From contig CM035356.1 of NCBI GenBank assembly GCA_020137815.1, forward strand, positions 2,418,001 through 2,482,000: 64,000 nt of DNA. The letters run 5' to 3'. Under the pieces are notes generated by a model. That model saw nothing but the letters and a program-made list of their open reading frames with translations. It was not told the origin of the DNA and ran no database searches. The stretch comes from Hormiphora californensis (lineage: Eukaryota > Animalia > Ctenophora). Each line of letters begins with the position of its first letter. The first letter of the stretch is position 1. A program made the translations under genes and the position numbers. This document shows, one piece after another, positions 12,101 through 21,348 of this stretch.

Positions 12101-13473
12101 AACAGGATAACCCTGAGAAGGAGATGGTGAGACGGAAGAGTACTAGAAGTGAGAGCACCGCTCCGACCAATAAGAACTGGAACACTCTGAAGATGGTCCT
12201 TATCCCTGAGAATGAGGAGATAAACGTAGAGAAGACTAAGAGTATTCTCCCTGCCATTGATCCCAATATACTGAAGGACAAGAGGAAGGATTCTACCGCA
12301 CAGTGGAACATGGAGGCTGCGATGAAAGTCACAAAAACCGCCAAAATCCTCACAACCGAGGCGATAAACAAGAAAAAGAGGTCGACGTTTTTCAAAAGTC
12401 AAGTCAAGGTGAAAATATACGACTTTTTAACGATGGATGAGACTGAGCTGAAGGGCATTGTGTTTGAGCCAGCTGCATTCTTCAATCTTGACAAACGGAA
12501 TTACAAGGTGGATCAAGTTTGTGAGTCGATTGATAGTGTCACCGAGAAAACAAAGTTCTTCCTTTTTCACCTTCAAGAAGATTTCGTTATTTCTTGCATC
12601 ATCTTCTACCGGCAGAAGCACATGAACATCAAATATCCGGACAGAGTGCAGCCCAATCTTGATTCTGCTGTCAATAGTTTCGTGAAAACTACCAAGGGCT
12701 ACCTGGACCGGGTAAACAGTGCGTGTTCTGAAAATGTTGCTAAGATCAAGAGCCTTCTCAAGAAGATCTATGCTACTCTGAAGGACATGCCCAAGGTGTT
12801 CTTTTCCCACGTTCTCACCCAATCATCTAACAACTTCATTTTGTTCTACCAGCACCATCTAGAGGAGCACACTACCCTAATGACTGTGAACAAGGAGGAG
12901 AAGAGGATCCTCTTCCACCGTCTTACACCCTCCCTGGAACACCCTCAACGGGCTGCCGAGCTGGCTGAGCTGTGCGAGTCAATGCAGAAAAGTAAAATTG
13001 CTGGAACTATAACTGAGTTGTATAACTCTGGAGTCTCTCATATGGAGGAGCTGAGGGACAGGTTTGTAGCAACGATCGAGGCAACTGCAACGGATATGAT
13101 ATCGGTATGCGAGACTGTAATTCAAATCGAGGATATACGAAAAGTGGGATCCACCGAGTCGAACTCCCTCGAGGTCAAGAAGAGACTCCGGCAAAATTTA
13201 AATCTAAACACCGTGACGAATGAAGGAAACTATAACTCGGTTCTTCAGGCGTTCTCCCGGATGAATGGGACCCAGCATAAAATGAAAAACACTGTTCTGG
13301 AGGCCAAAACCAATGCGATCAAAGATTTCGAGACTCTGTTTTCTAAAATCGTCAGTGAATATACAGAGTTATTTGAGGACTCTGTGAGAGAGGAGAAGGA
13401 CTGGGTGTTCAAGTGGGAAAAATGTCTCAAGGAGGTACGAGATGGACAGGCTTTGTCCAGAGAAGTGTTGTGA
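9118..13473 (+). CDS. CCDC180: Coiled-coil domain-containing protein 180 (CFAP76-like motile-cilium protein), intronless, 1451 aa
   Basis: Long coiled-coil ORF with a C-terminal DUF4456-like signature (FYRQKHMNIKYPDRV, RLTPSLEHPQRAAELAEL, VIQIEDI, EEKDWVFKWEKCLKEV) that matches CCDC180 from recall. Confidence 0.75.
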   Translation: MCDVSPPNQVKNLPDFICQPTRVSDRVSNIYSKQSDHHEQALIEYQSKIKNVNSKIESRIQYRCQAAARKLADVYGFIQDNHISALRDQKKFSSVDQFREIWVYIQRDMLEASVIIDQLEHDLLVSCEHVRINKINKIMTEQFEVILDCGRWSEAKLVSFLDSESQRLNQLSIQNYRLYFSLTGNLRVKSVETLKKYKEEWDKLLMTWRDYLVRENLVVIKNMVNSKEYSDPVQVAESKQECVDELQRLDGKIMEMFGDVVKGLPYNKAMLVNFSRSVESILDNKDHIRTRFMERSRAHFHMLIDKLEKRLLSMKEFLSKEASCDDEQFLKTFSKYVGQGSESFEVKCEQLMDKYNAEISRNLTVMVDVFSYAMQFLNGVCDLWENNLCSVTTHKATMTSELGTIRSEHQSEVKILEYSVDKSMEKLPQTPEVAQVNRLLERIMTHMKKIQDGTKQAFKSYNEVLEAYPTTCQDQIREYTKEMLQFIGLQLVRKKARKSLTSTNSKFLEINGHQYFKLDQIPGFFDKDGPPADEVVKTKFYTIVGQAREFLIGHINTHEKKHREETERLVTKLRLEMEREMDLRKSFVAPRKQNIRESFSLRKEELTQFKDAFDLFYKNTQLFEKELCRLEEDLNVESLEFVRSTEQRVKDECDKQLKQTRSKKLIEAHETFEKVMFDIENRLPEISKTSIANVDKAAKQMKQNEDSFVRFAEAGNYSFGPKTRFHFEFCELREKAKTLTTQTKRTIKQLEGIRVKKLTSVTQTYKIHYKHCLLGLYFSEMRSCHLSRTRLKLKSVLSHGEKDLMIVNDKMKEVRDIITSITDCTMAEVPEKSEQVMVSFTDLFAKLKSTINFFNHRCSSISVPHKSSLAEIKQKYDNFGTNDASLCETVSFTQEIVAITSVKPLTVHSGSEDDLEGKENNWVIDRHEVDRKYIQGRISCVYGIGANILDIPNNPWAGVCATLTSTPNSYWLSKNADGLQALKELKEKKEKIFEQQDNPEKEMVRRKSTRSESTAPTNKNWNTLKMVLIPENEEINVEKTKSILPAIDPNILKDKRKDSTAQWNMEAAMKVTKTAKILTTEAINKKKRSTFFKSQVKVKIYDFLTMDETELKGIVFEPAAFFNLDKRNYKVDQVCESIDSVTEKTKFFLFHLQEDFVISCIIFYRQKHMNIKYPDRVQPNLDSAVNSFVKTTKGYLDRVNSACSENVAKIKSLLKKIYATLKDMPKVFFSHVLTQSSNNFILFYQHHLEEHTTLMTVNKEEKRILFHRLTPSLEHPQRAAELAELCESMQKSKIAGTITELYNSGVSHMEELRDRFVATIEATATDMISVCETVIQIEDIRKVGSTESNSLEVKKRLRQNLNLNTVTNEGNYNSVLQAFSRMNGTQHKMKNTVLEAKTNAIKDFETLFSKIVSEYTELFEDSVREEKDWVFKWEKCLKEVRDGQALSREVL

Positions 13474-13648
13474 GATTTGAGTGAAGAGTGAACTATCTTG
13501 TCTGATTTTAGTTTCTTTTTAAACTTTTACAAGTTTACATTTCAATTTCAAATATCGCTGTGTTTTTATTCCACCCATTCCTGGACTCAGTACTAACTCT
13601 CATCTCTATCTCGATTTAACAACTCACATCACTCTTTCCATGACTTAG

Positions 13649-15752
13649 ATGACGGATGAACCGTTTGGCGAAACAATCCCAAGCCAGCAACCAAACATTT
13701 CATTCAAAAAACGGGTCAGTTTAAATTCAAGGTTAATCTCTTTTTGTAATGTTCTAGCCCTCCTTTACATTTGTAAAAGAGGGCGGGGCGGGGAAACAGG
13801 GTTGAGAAAGGCAAATCTCTTTTATCACCTGCCTCATTTAATTTGATCGCTCACAATAGACCCCATTAAGGCCAGAGGGGGGGGTCGACGGGTTTTTTGG
13901 GGTGTTTTTTGAGGTATACGTTATATGAAAGCGCTGGGCAAGGCGGATCGATTAGAACAGACGTCATCGATGTTGCGCGCACCGTTTGGCCAAAATTTGG
14001 GGGTTAACATTTGGCCTATAATGGATGTTAACCCCTATAAATCAGGATTGGTGGGGTCTAGAACATCCATCATTGTACCAAAGGCTTCGTCTTGTCTTGA
14101 TACAACTTCCTGAAAAGTTTTATGTCGTTACTCCAACTACTTCTTGATTTTTTTGGGGTTTACAAAATATGCGGAAAAAGCCCTTTTTGCCTCTAATTTT
14201 GCTCTTTTTTGGGACATCCTGCCTCACTTCCTGAAATAACGGCTAGGACTCAGACCTTGCCGTTTGGCATAGTTGTTCTAGAGACCGTGTTCTTCAAATT
14301 TGATGTAGCGATTTTTGATTAAGGCCCCCGTTCAAAAATTATAGGGGTTAACATTTGTTTTGTCCATGAAAATTTTATGTAAACCCCTATAATTTTTGAA
14401 CGGGGGCCTTAATCAAAAATCGCTACATCAAATTTGAAGAACACGGTCTCTAGAACAACTATGCCAAACGGCAAGGTCTGAGTCCTAGCCGTTATTTCAG
14501 GAAGTGAGGCAGGATGTCCCAAAAAAGAGCAAAATTAGAGGCAAAAAGGGCTTTTTCCGCATATTTTGTAAACCCCAAAAAAATCAAGAAGTAGTTGGAG
14601 TAACGACATAAAACTTTTCAGGAAGTTGTATCAAGACAAGACGAAGCCTTTGGTACAATGATGGATGTTCTAGACCCCACCAATCCTGATTTATAGGGGT
14701 TAACATCCATTATAGGCCAAATGTTAACCCCCAAATTTTGGCCCAACGGTGCGCGCAACATCGATGACGTCTGTTCTAATCGATCCGCCTTGCCCAGCGC
14801 TTTCATATAACGTATACCTCAAAAAACACCCCAAAAAACCCGTCGACCCCCCCCTCTGGCCTTAACACCCCTTCACATCCCACAGAGACATGTAGCAGTG
14901 CACAACAGTACGAATATATTCCAGCAGTGGGAGTTTAATGATTTAACTCAACCCTCCCAGTCCACACCACCACCCCCACACCAGGAACTTGTTCCTGATA
15001 CACACCACGATCCTCAACCTGATACACTACCACCTGCAGCAGCTCTCACACCACCAGAGAGGAGAAGCAAAAGGAAGAAAACTGCAAGAACGAACTATGT
15101 GTTCTTCGTTGAACAACCACCACGACCATCACACCCCATTGAGAAACAGAAAAGTAGTAAAACGCCTAAAAAGAAGCAGAAAAAAGGAAAACCAAAGAAA
15201 GTCGTTGCAAAACCTAAGAAGCCGAAAATGGCATCAACAAAAAAGAAACGAAAGCGAAAAAAAGACGAAGAGGATATTTCTGAAGATGATGAACCGGCGG
15301 AAAAGAGACGAAACTACGGGAAAATAAAGATCACACTCACTCGGCCAATCCACTCCATCCCCTACAGATCCCTGCCAAGGGCTTTCACAGAACACAGCTC
15401 ACGACAGAAACGGCGAAAAATAGCACCACCTCCTCCTCCAGTCGGCAACCCGGAAGATCCATTTGCGTTTCTGAGCATTCTCGACAGAATCGAGTTCATA
15501 TCTCCGGAAAATGCGTGTCAGAAACTTTCAGGAGAGTTTGATAGAGCTGAGAGGGAGTTGTCTAGGTTAGATCAGAAGTGGAGTCATTGGCCTGAGAGGT
15601 TTGCGGGTGTGACTAATGGGCAAGATGATACTGGACAGGGACAAGATGATATTCCCAGTGGAGAGGGTGAGTTACCAGATGATATTGGAGAGGGTGAGTT
15701 ACCAGCTGATATTGGAGAGGAGGGTGAGTTGCCAGTAATTGTTGTCCTGTGA
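13649..15752 (+). CDS. Uncharacterised Lys/Pro-rich, probably nuclear protein (~310 aa; exons 13649-13714, 14886-15752)
   Basis: Phase-0 donor CGG|GTCAGT and acceptor CACAG|AGA join MTDEPF...FKKR to the 284-aa ORF. Basic NLS-like tracts and a C-terminal GEGELPxDI repeat. Confidence 0.7.
13870..14861. mobile_element. 992-bp palindromic Kolobok-like MITE inside an intron
   Basis: TTAA TSD (13866-69, 14862-65), GG...CC termini, ~485-bp arms with few mismatches, ~22-bp spacer. Confidence 0.85.
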
Positions 15753-16010
15753 AGTAGTTCTGGAGTAAAACAGTAGTTGTACAGACCTGGACAGTGGACT
15801 GTGGACATGTTTTCTATGGATGAATTAGTATTCGTCCGAGTTGTGAATTGTTTTGAAATCCATGGTTTTTAGTAAGTTGTTGCCGTTTTATTTAAAATCC
15901 ATTTCGTACCAAACTCAAAAGTTTTAAATTAACCGTCTTACCCATACTAAACTATATTTCCCTAACAAAACACTACATTCACTTCACCTCTCACCTAATA
16001 GTAGTTAACC

Positions 16011-16298
16011 ATGGGGGAAGGACCAGCTCACCATAGCAAGGCCAGAGGCAGTAGGGCAAGTCACGCTAAGTTCTACTCTGATTTTGTCCGGGGGAGTATA
16101 TCAGCGGGGGAAACTCGCCGGAGAAGCTCCCGAAATATGGTCAAGAAAAGTATTTGGAGTAAAATATTTGGAAAATGTGTGCTCTGTGATTGTACCAGTA
16201 CAGCAGAATCAACAGGATCGAAGATAGTAGTGATTGAAAATAAGGCTGCTACACACCAGGAGGAAGAGACTGGTGAGAGTAGCACCACATGTCAATGA
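16011..16298 (+). CDS. Small orphan protein, 95 aa, single exon
   Basis: ATG-initiated ORF with a good context (ACCATGG), preceded by a branch point and acceptor and followed by a T-rich UTR. No recognisable homology. Confidence 0.5.
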   Translation: MGEGPAHHSKARGSRASHAKFYSDFVRGSISAGETRRRSSRNMVKKSIWSKIFGKCVLCDCTSTAESTGSKIVVIENKAATHQEEETGESSTTCQ

Positions 16299-16504
16299 AC
16301 GTTCCCCACATTTCTAATAATAGGTTTTATCGTGTGTTTGCTTTTTTGTAATACTTTCCCGTGTGTTCATTATTTGTAATTCTTGCTGCCGATATTTTGT
16401 AACTTTGTGTAAATTCATTTCGTACTTCATTATATCACGATTGTTTTATTCCACGCCTGACTACACCTAATAACCCCATCTCTTCCACATCTAGCAGCTG
16501 TATA

Positions 16505-19500
16505 ATGTGTGGGGTAAAGGTGGTTATAATGGATATGAACAAGCACCTAGGGTGTGAGGTGTGTGAGGTGATAGCGGATATCCTCCTAAATGAGCTGTCA
16601 GTGTTTGGGGATCAGACTACTCAACATGGCCTCATGCTCGCCTGCCTTTCCTCACACACTGAGGTAAATAATGTGCTATACCCTTGTGTGACTCACACCG
16701 CATTTGGTAGATCAACTATAACAAGGTCTCCTAGTAGTGGTAGCTCCCAAAGCTTGCCTTGCTCGAACCTCTCTCACCACGCCCTACACATATTGTAAAG
16801 CTCAGTAATGAAACCTTTCAGATTATGTTTCCCCTACAAGTCACTAAAGAGCAGACCCTGTCAACTCTCAAGCGAAGTATTGAAAGTCTTGTCAAGTATT
16901 ACAGGTACAGTCAAATTGGGTTGGTTGGGGGTAGGGGTGAGGGAGGCGAGGGGTTTGGGATATAAGTGGTTCCGGGTTAGGGTTTAGAGGGAGAGGTGGA
17001 TGGATTAGCTAATGTTCGCCAAGAATTTAATAGTTCAAATCTTCAAACAATGTAGTTTTGCCAAGAATTTACTTATTAAATTGCCACTACTCCAGGGACA
17101 CGCCATTGGTGAAAGAGTGTTCTTCGACTGCTGTGTCACAGTGCCTTGAATTTGCCTTCCAAGCCAGCTCTAAACTACTCTCCAACACTTACAATCAGGT
17201 TAGTGGGAGAGGGAGAGGGAGAGAAACGAGAGTGTTCCTCTCCGACACTTGGAAGAGGGGGGGGGGAAGGAGGGAGAGAATATTGTTGCTAACTAAACAT
17301 CCTGCATAGACCCTCCTTTGATCCTAGGATTGAGGGAGCTCCCTAACCCTCCTATAATAATTTAAGTACAATTATCTGTTATATAGGTGACCGGTGGAAC
17401 AGAGGTTCTGATGATCACGTGTAACCCAACTTTTAAAACTACCGTCAACCAAGTTATGGGCAGCCAGAATCTCGCAGGGGTAAATTCACAAAATAAGAAA
17501 TTCACAAAACAACAAATACATGGAATACATATTTCACTGATAGACTCTATCCGATACACCTTCTGATAATGTTAAATACCCCTTGTTAGAGAGTGACAGT
17601 GCTAACTTTAGGAGAGGACACTAGATCAGACGAGATAGAATGTCTGACAGAGATAGATGATGTCTTAGTACCACCTGACCGTATCACCCTGGAGGTAATT
17701 GTCTATCGACTTGACTTACTTGACTTAAGGCGGGTGGAATTCCCGAACGCCTTGAACAAGCTTTCTCCACGCATCACGTTCCTCCATAACTGAAGCTATC
17801 TCCTTCACGTCTCCAAGACCCGTATCTTGCCGTAGAACATCCACAAAGGTTTTCGAGGGCCTGCCACGCTTACATTGACCGTGAGTAGGCTCCCAAAGGA
17901 GGACTTTGTGGAGTGTCAGCTCTGAGTGTCGTTGTGCATGTCCGGCAAGTCGTAGTCTATCGGGTGAGATTCATTGTTTAGGTTGCCTGGCTAGACTGTG
18001 TTTCGGGCGCCCCGCACCCTACAAATGTAAAGGGAGGGTTTTTTTTAGAACATAACAATGTTTAGGTACTGGCACAAGAGACAAGCTGATCAAGTCCAAC
18101 ATATCGGCTATATATTTTTTTTGGGGCATTAATATATCGGCTATATTAGTTCGCCCCTGAACTGTACCTATATCTCAGTGTCCCTCCCCTCTCTCAGAGA
18201 ACGATTAGAAAGTGGTTGTTCAGCTCTGATCTCCGGATGTTAAAACTGGAACTCCCAAACGGTGTATCTCTATCTTGTGATATTGTTCCCACCCACATAA
18301 ACCCACACCGTCTATCTCTGGAAGCCCAGGAGAGTGTTGTGTTTGATCCTGCAAAGATTGAGGGTAATAGGGGGCAGGAGCCAGTGTTGCTAAAAGCTAC
18401 AAAGGTCTTCCGAGCAGGTACAGGTTGATGAAGTTTCACTAATTATAGTAACCCCCCCATCCCCAAACCGGGATATGTGTAGTTACCCACCCCCACCCCC
18501 ACAGCAGCTGACCATGTACCCTGCTTCTAATATATCGTCCCCAGACCAGATATGCGAGTCTGTATTGTTTGGAAGTGGGAGGATTCTTCTCCCGGCTACC
18601 CATTGGTCCATTGATTGGGACGAGTTGGAGCAGATACAACAACGATTTGGTGCACTCTGTAAATCACTTTGCGAAAAGGTACTTGGTGCTGCTTCCTAGA
18701 GAGTTACTGCTATTCATTATTATCAGTAGCCAGTATCCTTGGTATCGAAGACACCTCACATCGCGGCCTTCGTTTGGTGCGCTTTGCGCGCCGGCAAGGG
18801 AGGGGTAACTTCGTTACCAACCAGTATCCCAAATTACAAATATCTTGTCATGGCCTGTGATTTGTGCCACACTTTCTGTCATGGTGGCACACCTTTTCTT
18901 GAAACTAAACGTAGCGCGCGGCACTTCTGTCATGCTGAAAGTTTTCAAAGGATGACTCTACCTTGACAGGGCGGGATCCACGCCGCGCACACGCTCACTC
19001 AGAGAGGTCCTCAAACATCAGATTCAGACCAATTCGGGGGCAATTTCTCATTTGCCGCATACGGCGTCTAGACGGCGTCGCACCGCCGTCTAGACGGTGT
19101 CTAGACGGGTTTTGATAAAATCAGCTAAAAACGGTACCAAAATTGCTTGAAACGGGTTATAGACGGTATCAGACGGGTTATAGACGGTATCAGACGGTGT
19201 TGCGACGGTATCAGACGGTCTCTAGACGGTACCGTCCCGGTGTCTAGACGGTGTCTGGACGGTCTCTAGACGGTACCCGTCCAAAGTTGAGACGGCACGT
19301 CTAAAAATTGTACCAGACGTTGAGACGGACTTTTAGAACTCCGTCTGTATTTCAGACGGAGTTTTAAAAGTACGTCTCAACGCAGTCTAAAGGAAAATCG
19401 ATGAAAGTACCGTCTAGACAACGTCTCAACTGAAACCGGTCAACATACCGTCTAGACAACGTCTAAACAGAATCTCGCGATTCAGTTTCAAATACCGTCT

Positions 19501-21209
19501 AGACAACTTCTCCAGCAATTTCGATACGAATACCGTCTAAACAACGTCTAGACAACGTCTTAAGCGAATCCGATACAGATACCGTTTAGACAACGTCTCA
19601 ATACCTACACTATCTATCACTGATAGTATCAGCCATAGACAGTATCTCACAGTTGTATTACAACGCTTGTTATAAAATAAAATAAAAAAGGTTTGAACAA
19701 AACAACTGTTTTGGTATCTCCACATTCACTCTTACATCCAGCTATCGCGTTGTAATACAACTGTGAGATACTGTCTATGGCTGATACTATCAGTGATAGA
19801 TAGTGTCGGTATTGAGACGTTGTCTAGACGGTATCTGTATCGGATTCGCTTAAGACGTTGTCTAGACGTTGTTTAGACGGTATTCGTATCGAAATTGCTG
19901 GAGAAGTTGTCTAGACGGTATTTGAAACTGAATCGCGAGATTCTGTTTAGACGTTGTCTAGACGGTATGTTGACCGGTTTCAGTTGAGACGTTGTCTAGA
20001 CGGTACTTTTATCGGTTTTCCTTTAGACTGCGTTGAGACGTACTTTTAAAACTCCGTCTGAAATACAGACGGAGTTCTAAAAGTCCGTCTCAACGTCTGG
20101 TACAATTTTCAGACGTGCCGTCTCAACTTTGGACGGATACCGTCTAGAGACCGTCCAGACACCGTCTAGACACCGGGACGGTACCGTCTAGAGACCGTCT
20201 GATACCGTCGCAACACCGTCTGATACCGTCTATAACCCGTCTAGAGACCGTCTGATACCGTCTATAACCCGTTTCAAGCAATTTTGGTACCGTTTTTAGC
20301 TGATTTTATCAAAACCCGTCTAGACGGTATACCGTCTAGACACCGTCTAGACGGTGGTGCGACGCCGTCTAGACGCCGTATGCGGCAAATGAGAAATTGC
20401 CCAATTCGGGCTGAGGGATGGCCTCGAAGGACCCCTGACCCAGGATCCTTTTATTTATTTCTTGTGACAATTTCGAATCTTCTCACTGAAGAAACTTTGT
20501 TTCAGGACCGCGTTTTGCTCTGCCAGGGCTGTACCGAGGAGCAAGTTCAGGGGCTGTTCATGATCCTACCTAATCCAAATGGGAGTGCTTTAGTTAGACC
20601 AGTCCTGTGTTCCGAACTAACCCTTCCCCTGGCTAGGACCCAGTGTGCCACACCGGACAGTGAAACCGTAGCAATGATAGGTTTGTGTTGTTCTATCCAG
20701 AACCTTTTTTATCATAAAATGACTAATTGGTACATAATATTGACACTTTTCAAAATTACGACCCCAGACTCTATACTATTCCTGATGATAACCGGCACTT
20801 TCCAGTACCTAATATTCTTTTTTCTAAATGTATCTACTGACTCTAAACATCCATTGATTTCAGATGATTCTCTGTCACTGCTTGAGGTCTCTCCTGACCC
20901 CTACTCGCCCCTGAACCACACCTCCCATCTCCACGCCTTCCTTCAGACAAGGAAGCAGCAGTGTGAAAGTAGACCTCATTACCAGCAACAACCCAACAAT
21001 CGACAGACGGGAATTCAGCAAAAGGTTAAAATTAATAATCGCACATACAATTCACAATTCAAATAATCTCGGCCTGTTTTCTCTGGGGTCAATCAAAAGG
21101 CAGGGACATGATCGCTAAAATATTCTCTGTTTCTCAGGGACCAGAGCAACTATCACGATTAACGTATAACGGTGCACGTGCCATGGAAAACTCTCTCTAC
21201 AACGGCTGA
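16505..21209 (+). CDS. M1AP: Meiosis 1 arrest protein, 10 exons, ~434 aa
   Basis: Exons 16505-16663, 16822-16904, 17096-17198, 17387-17479, 17590-17694, 18198-18417, 18545-18678, 20506-20680, 20864-21024, 21138-21209, all phases consistent. ICESVLFGSGRILLPATHWSIDWDELEQIQQRFGALCKSL and YSPLNHTSHL match M1AP (LCESLTYG..ILRPTSCWQLDWDELETNQQHFHALCHSL; YNPLHVQSHL) from recall. Confidence 0.85.
17709..17954 (-). mobile_element. 5'-truncated RTE-clade LINE in M1AP intron 5
   Basis: Minus strand encodes RLAGHAQRHSELTLHKVLLWEPTHGQCKRGRPSKTFVDVLRQDTG...WRKLV..*, followed by an (AAGTC)n tail. 8-bp TSD GTCTATCG at 17701-17708 and 17955-17962. Confidence 0.85.
19039..20401. mobile_element. 1363-bp palindromic element with 9-bp TSD (Merlin/Mutator-like) in M1AP intron 7
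   Basis: GGCAATTTCTC...GAGAAATTGCC termini, TSD CAATTCGGG (19030-38, 20402-10), ~630-650-bp arms full of (CC)GTCTAGAC(GG) subrepeats, ~80-bp spacer. Confidence 0.85.
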
Positions 21210-21348
21210 GAGAAACACAAAGCTGATTCAACAGCACATCAAATAGGTCAACTATCGGACAATTAATATATCGGACCGGGAATCTCAGTATATAGCTCTG
21301 GCGATGTCAGATCTAGTTAAATCTTCATTCAGTCTGTTAGATTCCTGT

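Noticed and set aside
16711-16821. Earlier acceptor at 16710 for M1AP exon 2
   Set aside because: It gives in-frame TAG stops; the acceptor at 16821 keeps the frame.
20284-21066. 260-aa ORF as a separate gene
   Set aside because: In-frame read-through of the palindrome end plus M1AP exons 8-9 and their intron.
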